DNA of 64,000 bases from Flectonema sp. DT1601. Its lineage: Eukaryota. The stretch's first letter is position 1, and every line of letters starts with the position of its first letter. A program made the translations under genes and the position numbers. The notes beneath the pieces were generated by a model. It worked only from the letters and a program-made list of their open reading frames with translations. It had not been told where the DNA came from and searched no databases. Shown piece by piece: positions 42,441 through 52,270 of this stretch. The stretch is from contig OZ025800.1 in NCBI GenBank assembly GCA_964019425.1, positions 496,001 through 560,000 of the forward strand. The letters run 5' to 3'.

Positions 42441-44540
42441 ATGAGAACGGCCGCTTTGATGATGATGGCGTCGCTGACGCCCATGGTGGTGGGAGTGCCA
42501 GCTGATGTTGTTACGAACGACATCAGGACTTGCAACACGGACGCTGACTGTCGCACTTTCGGTGCCACGGCAGCAACGTGCGCCACGGATAAGATCTGTG
42601 CTACTGCCTCATGCACTTACTACGGTGCTGGAGCCGCTAACGTTCTGAGGACCTGCGCATCGTCGCCGACGGGCGCGGAGACGGTGACGCTATACTACAT
42701 CCTGAACAACGTCGCTGGTACCGGTGCGACGGCGGCGAGGGTGATTAACTGCGATAACGCCGGTACCTTCACCGCGCCATACGACGCGTTGATCAAGGGT
42801 ACTGGTGTGATGGGCGGTTTCTCTACCGCTGAGAAAGCAACCATTGATATTGTCCACATTTGCAACAAGCCAACGACGGGCGCTCACACCCTCAGGACCT
42901 CCATTAAGGTGACGGTCCAGATCACCAACCTGATTTCGACCACTGCCTCCGTCGGAGACCTCTACAGAAAGCTGGGAGCTAACCTCAACACCGTGCTTGC
43001 CGCATCATCGGACACCAACTTGAACCACGTTGGGATAGTCGACACCCTCCACACCATCACCGACAAGGCGGCGCCTTCCTACTGCGCAGCAGGGACCTCC
43101 AACGCCGCGGTCACCCTTCCGTTCGCCAACAACTTCCTCGCGGCGACCGGCGATGATCTGTGCAAGATTGTCCAGTGCAACACCGGATACACATTCGACA
43201 GGTCGCTGGCAATCCCAACGTGCGAAGGACCTGGCCAGGCATTGTCAAACGCGGCGGCGACCTGCACAACCAACGCGCACTGCCAGAAGTACGGACAGAC
43301 CGGTGGTGTGTGTGACTCCACCACCACCCCGACTTACAAGTGTACCGTTGCGGGAGCAGGTACTACCGCGTGCACCTTCTTCGCGGCCAACAACCAGGAG
43401 CTTCCGCTGTGCGCTGCCACGGTGGCACCTGCTGCCCAGAAGATTATCCTTTACTACATTCTGAGAAACACTAACATGGTTGGTGCCTCTGCGAGGACTG
43501 TCGACTGCACGAAGGTTGCCGAGTTCACTGCCAAGTACGATACGTTGATCAAGGGCACTACAGCGTTGGGTAGGTTCACCACTGTTGAGGCGGCCACTGC
43601 CAACATCGTCCACAGCTGCATCACCACCGGAACCGTTCACTCGCTCCGCACCTCGATCAAGGTTGAGGTGTCGATCTCGAACTTGTTGGGAACGACGTGG
43701 GGGAACTACGCTAACCTGGCGCTCAACATCAACCAGCTTTTGGCGACCAGCACGGACGCGGCGCTGAACGCCGTCGGTGGAGTCGCGACCGTGCACTTGG
43801 GTACGGAGGATGCATACAAGGGCTTGTGCCCAGTTACCGGCAACGACAACACGAAGGTCCCAATGTCTACCACTCCGGTCTCCCCAACAGCAGCCAACAG
43901 AGGGTGCACGGTCGTCGCGTGCAACACCGGTTACGAAATCAACACCAGCGGAGCCTGCGTCGTGACCTCTACCCCTACTCCAACCACCACCGCGACTCCG
44001 GGCACCACGGGCGTGGCTACTCCTCTCACGTTCTCGTTTGACGCCACCGCCGAAATTGCTGTTCTCGCCGCCTCGACTGCAAGCTTCAGGACGACCGCGG
44101 CTACCGCGTTGGGAGGAACCGCCACCTGCGTCAGCATGTGCCCGACCGCCGGAGGCCGGTGCTACACCTGCGCGGGAGTCATTATCGGCAGAGAGGCTTC
44201 GGTCTTGGTCGCCGCGAAGTACAGAGTGAACCTGAGCGGTACCACCAACCACGCAACCACCGCCAACGCCCTCACCGCTCTCAACACCGCGCTGAGGGCC
44301 TTGTTCGCAGCGAACACCGCTATTGTGTACTCAGACAACAGCGTCTTGGTTTTCTTCACCAGCGACAGCGACGATGGTTTGTCCGGTGGGGCTATTGCCG
44401 GTATCGTTATCGGTTGCGTGGCGTTCGTCGTGATCGTCGTCGTGATCGTCTACTGCCTTTGCTGCAAGGCTGCTCCGGAATCCGACTCAGCTGACTCGGA
44501 TTCGGATGCCAAGAAGGAAACCAACCCTGACCAGGTGTAA
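42441..44540 (+). CDS. Surface protein, copy 2
   Basis: Identical translation to copy 1. Confidence 0.9.
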   Translation: MRTAALMMMASLTPMVVGVPADVVTNDIRTCNTDADCRTFGATAATCATDKICATASCTYYGAGAANVLRTCASSPTGAETVTLYYILNNVAGTGATAARVINCDNAGTFTAPYDALIKGTGVMGGFSTAEKATIDIVHICNKPTTGAHTLRTSIKVTVQITNLISTTASVGDLYRKLGANLNTVLAASSDTNLNHVGIVDTLHTITDKAAPSYCAAGTSNAAVTLPFANNFLAATGDDLCKIVQCNTGYTFDRSLAIPTCEGPGQALSNAAATCTTNAHCQKYGQTGGVCDSTTTPTYKCTVAGAGTTACTFFAANNQELPLCAATVAPAAQKIILYYILRNTNMVGASARTVDCTKVAEFTAKYDTLIKGTTALGRFTTVEAATANIVHSCITTGTVHSLRTSIKVEVSISNLLGTTWGNYANLALNINQLLATSTDAALNAVGGVATVHLGTEDAYKGLCPVTGNDNTKVPMSTTPVSPTAANRGCTVVACNTGYEINTSGACVVTSTPTPTTTATPGTTGVATPLTFSFDATAEIAVLAASTASFRTTAATALGGTATCVSMCPTAGGRCYTCAGVIIGREASVLVAAKYRVNLSGTTNHATTANALTALNTALRALFAANTAIVYSDNSVLVFFTSDSDDGLSGGAIAGIVIGCVAFVVIVVVIVYCLCCKAAPESDSADSDSDAKKETNPDQV

Positions 44541-45800
44541 GAAGCTCGTCTTTTGTATTCTTGCGAACGAATGCTTTTGCTCCCACCCTCCCACCCGACT
44601 TCCACCACGGGAAAAGAATTTGAAATAAAGTGTACGTTGTTGAGCAGCAGTCTTGCGAGGACCGGGTTCTGGCAACATGGGACTCCCTCCTCCCGCGAAG
44701 GGTGGACATGAAAATGAAAAGGTTTGGCGTGACCCGTTTCGTTCCCTCTCTCAACACGCCGAACAACTGCGGGGGCCGCTGGAAGGAGAAAAGAGGTGAT
44801 GGCTTATTCCCGATGTCGGTGTGTCGCTTCCGCTAGTGCGGTCCTTTGAATTAAAAAGCACAAGACACAGTCACCATGCACTGAAGTGAAGCGCGCTGTC
44901 TTTGTGTATTTGCTTGTGTGAGATCGTTTCGTGAACCGTTGGTAAGACTCGGCATCTTTGAGAGCCGAGTTCCAACGACGGGGGACGACTCGCGGGGGTA
45001 AACATGGAAAGGAAGGCAAGGCGTGTGCACGATAATAATAGCAAACAAAAAAAAAGAGGAGGTGTTTTGAAAGATGTATGTCTTCGAATGCCGCTTCTTT
45101 TTCTTTCTTTCTTTTTCTTCTTCGCCCCTTTATTGGGGCAAGTCCAGCCTGTGCGCCGGCGGCTTAACTCAGATGAGGAATAAGAGGCGGAGACGATCTC
45201 TGCTGTGAAGCGAAAAGACCAGCATCTCTCCCGATAGTGCCAAGAGAGAAAAAGAAAAGAAAAAAAAAAAAAGAAAGGGAGATCCGAAAAGAAGGATCTG
45301 AACGACAATTGTTAACTGTGCAAACTAACTGCTTTTGGAGTGTGATGTGTGCTGAATAATGCATTCTGATTTTTGTACAGATCAAACATGAGATGGTGTT
45401 TCGCGACCGGGCGTGTTGTGTGTCTCCCTGTCTAGGCGGCGCAATGTGTTTCCGCTGTTGAATTGCTTCTTGGGACGGATTGCCACCTTGTTCTTGGTGT
45501 GTGTGTGTGTGTTGTCGCCATTGTGTGCTGACTGGACACGAATAGAGGGGAATTCGGCTGGCTTGTTGGACATGGTGATCGAGCGTGAACGCGGAGACGA
45601 CCACGGATGAACCCGTGGCTGGGTGGGGGGGGAGGGGGGAAACGCTTGACGGGGGACCGAAGTGGTGCCGAACCGGCAGGGTGTGTGCGTCGCCGCGGGT
45701 CGCGACCTCGCCAGCCGGGGAGGCCTCTTATTTTCCTTGTTGGCAGACGGGAAGTTACGGTTTTCATCATCATATTGTCCAGTTTGTGAAACACACTAAA

Positions 45801-47900
45801 ATGAGAACGGCCGCTTTGATGATGATGGCGTCGCTGACGCCCATGGTGGTGGGAGTGCCAGCTGATGTTGTTACGAACGACATCAGGACTTGCAACACGG
45901 ACGCTGACTGTCGCACTTTCGGTGCCACGGCAGCAACGTGCGCCACGGATAAGATCTGTGCTACTGCCTCATGCACTTACTACGGTGCTGGAGCCGCTAA
46001 CGTTCTGAGGACCTGCGCATCGTCGCCGACGGGCGCGGAGACGGTGACGCTATACTACATCCTGAACAACGTCGCTGGTACCGGTGCGACGGCGGCGAGG
46101 GTGATTAACTGCGATAACGCCGGTACCTTCACCGCGCCATACGACGCGTTGATCAAGGGTACTGGTGTGATGGGCGGTTTCTCTACCGCTGAGAAAGCAA
46201 CAATTGATATTGTCCACATTTGCAACAAGCCAACGACGGGCGCTCACACCCTCAGGACCTCCATTAAGGTGACGGTCCAGATCACCAACCTGATTTCGAC
46301 CACTGCCTCCGTCGGAGACCTCTACAGAAAGCTGGGAGCTAACCTCAACACCGTGCTTGCCGCATCATCGGACACCAACTTGAACCACGTTGGGATAGTC
46401 GACACCCTCCACACCATCACCGACAAGGCGGCGCCTTCCTACTGCGCAGCAGGGACCTCCAACGCCGCGGTCACCCTTCCGTTCGCCAACAACTTCCTCG
46501 CGGCGACCGGCGATGATCTGTGCAAGATTGTCCAGTGCAACACCGGATACACATTCGACAGGTCGCTGGCAATCCCAACGTGCGAAGGACCTGGCCAGGC
46601 ATTGTCAAACGCGGCGGCGACCTGCACAACCAACGCGCACTGCCAGAAGTACGGACAGACCGGTGGTGTGTGTGACTCCACCACCACCCCGACTTACAAG
46701 TGTACCGTTGCGGGAGCAGGTACTACCGCGTGCACCTTCTTCGCGGCCAACAACCAGGAGCTTCCGCTGTGCGCTGCCACGGTGGCACCTGCTGCCCAGA
46801 AGATTATCCTTTACTACATTCTGAGAAACACTAACATGGTTGGTGCCTCTGCGAGGACTGTCGACTGCACGAAGGTTGCCGAGTTCACTGCCAAGTACGA
46901 TACGTTGATCAAGGGCACTACAGCGTTGGGTAGGTTCACCACTGTTGAGGCGGCCACTGCCAACATCGTCCACAGCTGCATCACCACCGGAACCGTTCAC
47001 TCGCTCCGCACCTCGATCAAGGTTGAGGTGTCGATCTCGAACTTGTTGGGAACGACGTGGGGGAACTACGCTAACCTGGCGCTCAACATCAACCAGCTTT
47101 TGGCGACCAGCACGGACGCGGCGCTGAACGCCGTCGGTGGAGTCGCGACCGTGCACTTGGGTACGGAGGATGCATACAAGGGCTTGTGCCCAGTTACCGG
47201 CAACGACAACACGAAGGTCCCAATGTCTACCACTCCGGTCTCCCCAACAGCAGCCAACAGAGGGTGCACGGTCGTCGCGTGCAACACCGGTTACGAAATC
47301 AACACCAGCGGAGCCTGCGTCGTGACCTCTACCCCTACTCCAACCACCACCGCGACTCCGGGCACCACGGGCGTGGCTACTCCTCTCACGTTCTCGTTTG
47401 ACGCCACCGCCGAAATTGCTGTTCTCGCCGCCTCGACTGCAAGCTTCAGGACGACCGCGGCTACCGCGTTGGGAGGAACCGCCACCTGCGTCAGCATGTG
47501 CCCGACCGCCGGAGGCCGGTGCTACACCTGCGCGGGAGTCATTATCGGCAGAGAGGCTTCGGTCTTGGTCGCCGCGAAGTACAGAGTGAACCTGAGCGGT
47601 ACCACCAACCACGCAACCACCGCCAACGCCCTCACCGCTCTCAACACCGCGCTGAGGGCCTTGTTCGCAGCGAACACCGCTATTGTGTACTCAGACAACA
47701 GCGTCTTGGTTTTCTTCACCAGCGACAGCGACGATGGTTTGTCCGGTGGGGCTATTGCCGGTATCGTTATCGGTTGCGTGGCGTTCGTCGTGATCGTCGT
47801 CGTGATCGTCTACTGCCTTTGCTGCAAGGCTGCTCCGGAATCCGACTCAGCTGACTCGGATTCGGATGCCAAGAAGGAAACCAACCCTGACCAGGTGTAA
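45801..47900 (+). CDS. Surface protein, copy 3
   Basis: Identical translation; synonymous ACC>ACA at 46202. Confidence 0.9.
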   Translation: MRTAALMMMASLTPMVVGVPADVVTNDIRTCNTDADCRTFGATAATCATDKICATASCTYYGAGAANVLRTCASSPTGAETVTLYYILNNVAGTGATAARVINCDNAGTFTAPYDALIKGTGVMGGFSTAEKATIDIVHICNKPTTGAHTLRTSIKVTVQITNLISTTASVGDLYRKLGANLNTVLAASSDTNLNHVGIVDTLHTITDKAAPSYCAAGTSNAAVTLPFANNFLAATGDDLCKIVQCNTGYTFDRSLAIPTCEGPGQALSNAAATCTTNAHCQKYGQTGGVCDSTTTPTYKCTVAGAGTTACTFFAANNQELPLCAATVAPAAQKIILYYILRNTNMVGASARTVDCTKVAEFTAKYDTLIKGTTALGRFTTVEAATANIVHSCITTGTVHSLRTSIKVEVSISNLLGTTWGNYANLALNINQLLATSTDAALNAVGGVATVHLGTEDAYKGLCPVTGNDNTKVPMSTTPVSPTAANRGCTVVACNTGYEINTSGACVVTSTPTPTTTATPGTTGVATPLTFSFDATAEIAVLAASTASFRTTAATALGGTATCVSMCPTAGGRCYTCAGVIIGREASVLVAAKYRVNLSGTTNHATTANALTALNTALRALFAANTAIVYSDNSVLVFFTSDSDDGLSGGAIAGIVIGCVAFVVIVVVIVYCLCCKAAPESDSADSDSDAKKETNPDQV

Positions 47901-49160
47901 GAAGCTCGTCTTTTGTATTCTTGCGAACGAATGCTTTTGCTCCCACCCTCCCACCCGACTTCCACCACGGGAAAAGAATTTGAAATAAAGTGTACGTTGT
48001 TGAGCAGCAGTCTTGCGAGGACCGGGTTCTGGCAACATGGGACTCCCTCCTCCCGCGAAGGGTGGACATGAAAATGAAAAGGTTTGGCGTGACCCGTTTC
48101 GTTCCCTCTCTCAACACGCCGAACAACTGCGGGGGCCGCTGGAAGGAGAAAAGAGGTGATGGCTTATTCCCGATGTCGGTGTGTCGCTTCCGCTAGTGCG
48201 GTCCTTTGAATTAAAAAGCACAAGACACAGTCACCATGCACTGAAGTGAAGCGCGCTGTCTTTGTGTATTTGCTTGTGTGAGATCGTTTCGTGAACCGTT
48301 GGTAAGACTCGGCATCTTTGAGAGCCGAGTTCCAACGACGGGGGACGACTCGCGGGGGTAAACATGGAAAGGAAGGCAAGGCGTGTGCACGATAATAATA
48401 GCAAACAAAAAAAAAGAGGAGGTGTTTTGAAAGATGTATGTCTTCGAATGCCGCTTCTTTTTCTTTCTTTCTTTTTCTTCTTCGCCCCTTTATTGGGGCA
48501 AGTCCAGCCTGTGCGCCGGCGGCTTAACTCAGATGAGGAATAAGAGGCGGAGACGATCTCTGCTGTGAAGCGAAAAGACCAGCATCTCTCCCGATAGTGC
48601 CAAGAGAGAAAAAGAAAAGAAAAAAAAAAAAAGAAAGGGAGATCCGAAAAGAAGGATCTGAACGACAATTGTTAACTGTGCAAACTAACTGCTTTTGGAG
48701 TGTGATGTGTGCTGAATAATGCATTCTGATTTTTGTACAGATCAAACATGAGATGGTGTTTCGCGACCGGGCGTGTTGTGTGTCTCCCTGTCTAGGCGGC
48801 GCAATGTGTTTCCGCTGTTGAATTGCTTCTTGGGACGGATTGCCACCTTGTTCTTGGTGTGTGTGTGTGTGTTGTCGCCATTGTGTGCTGACTGGACACG
48901 AATAGAGGGGAATTCGGCTGGCTTGTTGGACATGGTGATCGAGCGTGAACGCGGAGACGACCACGGATGAACCCGTGGCTGGGTGGGGGGGGAGGGGGGA
49001 AACGCTTGACGGGGGACCGAAGTGGTGCCGAACCGGCAGGGTGTGTGCGTCGCCGCGGGTCGCGACCTCGCCAGCCGGGGAGGCCTCTTATTTTCCTTGT
49101 TGGCAGACGGGAAGTTACGGTTTTCATCATCATATTGTCCAGTTTGTGAAACACACTAAA

Positions 49161-51260
49161 ATGAGAACGGCCGCTTTGATGATGATGGCGTCGCTGACGC
49201 CCATGGTGGTGGGAGTGCCAGCTGATGTTGTTACGAACGACATCAGGACTTGCAACACGGACGCTGACTGTCGCACTTTCGGTGCCACGGCAGCAACGTG
49301 CGCCACGGATAAGATCTGTGCTACTGCCTCATGCACTTACTACGGTGCTGGAGCCGCTAACGTTCTGAGGACCTGCGCATCGTCGCCGACGGGCGCGGAG
49401 ACGGTGACGCTATACTACATCCTGAACAACGTCGCTGGTACCGGTGCGACGGCGGCGAGGGTGATTAACTGCGATAACGCCGGTACCTTCACCGCGCCAT
49501 ACGACGCGTTGATCAAGGGTACTGGTGTGATGGGCGGTTTCTCTACCGCTGAGAAAGCAACAATTGATATTGTCCACATTTGCAACAAGCCAACGACGGG
49601 CGCTCACACCCTCAGGACCTCCATTAAGGTGACGGTCCAGATCACCAACCTGATTTCGACCACTGCCTCCGTCGGAGACCTCTACAGAAAGCTGGGAGCT
49701 AACCTCAACACCGTGCTTGCCGCATCATCGGACACCAACTTGAACCACGTTGGGATAGTCGACACCCTCCACACCATCACCGACAAGGCGGCGCCTTCCT
49801 ACTGCGCAGCAGGGACCTCCAACGCCGCGGTCACCCTTCCGTTCGCCAACAACTTCCTCGCGGCGACCGGCGATGATCTGTGCAAGATTGTCCAGTGCAA
49901 CACCGGATACACATTCGACAGGTCGCTGGCAATCCCAACGTGCGAAGGACCTGGCCAGGCATTGTCAAACGCGGCGGCGACCTGCACAACCAACGCGCAC
50001 TGCCAGAAGTACGGACAGACCGGTGGTGTGTGTGACTCCACCACCACCCCGACTTACAAGTGTACCGTTGCGGGAGCAGGTACTACCGCGTGCACCTTCT
50101 TCGCGGCCAACAACCAGGAGCTTCCGCTGTGCGCTGCCACGGTGGCACCTGCTGCCCAGAAGATTATCCTTTACTACATTCTGAGAAACACTAACATGGT
50201 TGGTGCCTCTGCGAGGACTGTCGACTGCACGAAGGTTGCCGAGTTCACTGCCAAGTACGATACGTTGATCAAGGGCACTACAGCGTTGGGTAGGTTCACC
50301 ACTGTTGAGGCGGCCACTGCCAACATCGTCCACAGCTGCATCACCACCGGAACCGTTCACTCGCTCCGCACCTCGATCAAGGTTGAGGTGTCGATCTCGA
50401 ACTTGTTGGGAACGACGTGGGGGAACTACGCTAACCTGGCGCTCAACATCAACCAGCTTTTGGCGACCAGCACGGACGCGGCGCTGAACGCCGTCGGTGG
50501 AGTCGCGACCGTGCACTTGGGTACGGAGGATGCATACAAGGGCTTGTGCCCAGTTACCGGCAACGACAACACGAAGGTCCCAATGTCTACCACTCCGGTC
50601 TCCCCAACAGCAGCCAACAGAGGGTGCACGGTCGTCGCGTGCAACACCGGTTACGAAATCAACACCAGCGGAGCCTGCGTCGTGACCTCTACCCCTACTC
50701 CAACCACCACCGCGACTCCGGGCACCACGGGCGTGGCTACTCCTCTCACGTTCTCGTTTGACGCCACCGCCGAAATTGCTGTTCTCGCCGCCTCGACTGC
50801 AAGCTTCAGGACGACCGCGGCTACCGCGTTGGGAGGAACCGCCACCTGCGTCAGCATGTGCCCGACCGCCGGAGGCCGGTGCTACACCTGCGCGGGAGTC
50901 ATTATCGGCAGAGAGGCTTCGGTCTTGGTCGCCGCGAAGTACAGAGTGAACCTGAGCGGTACCACCAACCACGCAACCACCGCCAACGCCCTCACCGCTC
51001 TCAACACCGCGCTGAGGGCCTTGTTCGCAGCGAACACCGCTATTGTGTACTCAGACAACAGCGTCTTGGTTTTCTTCACCAGCGACAGCGACGATGGTTT
51101 GTCCGGTGGGGCTATTGCCGGTATCGTTATCGGTTGCGTGGCGTTCGTCGTGATCGTCGTCGTGATCGTCTACTGCCTTTGCTGCAAGGCTGCTCCGGAA
51201 TCCGACTCAGCTGACTCGGATTCGGATGCCAAGAAGGAAACCAACCCTGACCAGGTGTAA
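49161..51260 (+). CDS. Surface protein, copy 4
   Basis: Identical translation; synonymous ACC>ACA at 49562. Confidence 0.9.
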   Translation: MRTAALMMMASLTPMVVGVPADVVTNDIRTCNTDADCRTFGATAATCATDKICATASCTYYGAGAANVLRTCASSPTGAETVTLYYILNNVAGTGATAARVINCDNAGTFTAPYDALIKGTGVMGGFSTAEKATIDIVHICNKPTTGAHTLRTSIKVTVQITNLISTTASVGDLYRKLGANLNTVLAASSDTNLNHVGIVDTLHTITDKAAPSYCAAGTSNAAVTLPFANNFLAATGDDLCKIVQCNTGYTFDRSLAIPTCEGPGQALSNAAATCTTNAHCQKYGQTGGVCDSTTTPTYKCTVAGAGTTACTFFAANNQELPLCAATVAPAAQKIILYYILRNTNMVGASARTVDCTKVAEFTAKYDTLIKGTTALGRFTTVEAATANIVHSCITTGTVHSLRTSIKVEVSISNLLGTTWGNYANLALNINQLLATSTDAALNAVGGVATVHLGTEDAYKGLCPVTGNDNTKVPMSTTPVSPTAANRGCTVVACNTGYEINTSGACVVTSTPTPTTTATPGTTGVATPLTFSFDATAEIAVLAASTASFRTTAATALGGTATCVSMCPTAGGRCYTCAGVIIGREASVLVAAKYRVNLSGTTNHATTANALTALNTALRALFAANTAIVYSDNSVLVFFTSDSDDGLSGGAIAGIVIGCVAFVVIVVVIVYCLCCKAAPESDSADSDSDAKKETNPDQV

Positions 51261-52270
51261 GAAGCTCGTCTTTTGTATTCTTGCGAACGAATGCTTTCGT
51301 GAGTGAAAGTTGTAATTTATTGGTGTTTTGTGTTTATATAATACACAGTTGAAAACTTTTTTCTGCCTCGCATATGTGTAGTTTTGTTTTGTAGTTGTAG
51401 TTTATAGCTGTTACCGAAGGAAGTAGTCCAGAATCTGACAGTAATTTGATTTTGTCGTAATTTTTGTGAAGATTATGTTCTACGATCATTCGGAAGCTAT
51501 ATACTTGGTTATGATTGGCGATTGGAAACTACTTGTGTTTGGTATTTTTTTTTAATTTTTTCGGGTATAAAAAAAGAAATTTCTTTTGTTTTTTATTAAA
51601 ACATGTCTACCGCTAGTGGTGTCATGTTTGTTCTCCCTCCAGCCTTTTGTGTTATTAGATTACGGTTAGGAAAAGCAGAACAACAAGCTTTATGCTATTG
51701 TGGGATTTTCGGAATGCTTGCTGTGGGAGAAGATGCCATGTGTTGTGTTCTGTTTTTTTCTTCCTTTTATAATCAGATGATGTGATTAGGTTCCATAAGA
51801 AGCATGATTTCGGAAACGAAAATTAATTGTTGTTTTTTAAATCTTGCTTTTCTTTTTTTTTTCGAAAATAGCAAAAGAGAAAAAAAAAAAAAAAAAGAAA
51901 AATAATAATAATATAAGGGTTACAATAAATATGAAAAGACAAAAAAAAACTAAAAAAAACAACAACATTACAATATATGTTGTTGCTAGTCATTAAAGTC
52001 TCTTTTAAAGTAAACAAAATCGATTTAAACAAAATGTGCGATTAGGGAAATAGGGCATGTCGTAAACACCAGCGTGATGAGAGAAGCGATCCTCTTTTTT
52101 AAAAAATTGTCTTCTGAAAAAAAATAATTATTTATAGGCACCACACGTAATTGAAGAGGAGGGTTGAGAGAGCAGAACGTAAATGTGTTTCGTTTTAAAT
52201 ATTTTATAAATTCAATCCTTTATCTCTTCTCTTTAAAGATACGATGTGTAGTTGAGGTAGAAACTAAAAA

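Larger units (their letters stand above)
39012..51297 (+). repeat. Tandem gene array, 3360-bp period (4 genes, 3 spacers)
   Basis: Every ORF repeats with a 3360 offset. Shared sequence begins TTTCCTTGTTGGCAG (39012) and ends ATGCTTT (51297). Confidence 0.97.

Noticed and set aside
39885..50972. 335-aa antisense ORFs and other overlapping ORFs in the tandem array
   Set aside because: Expected shadow ORFs of GC-rich coding sequence; no recognisable motifs.
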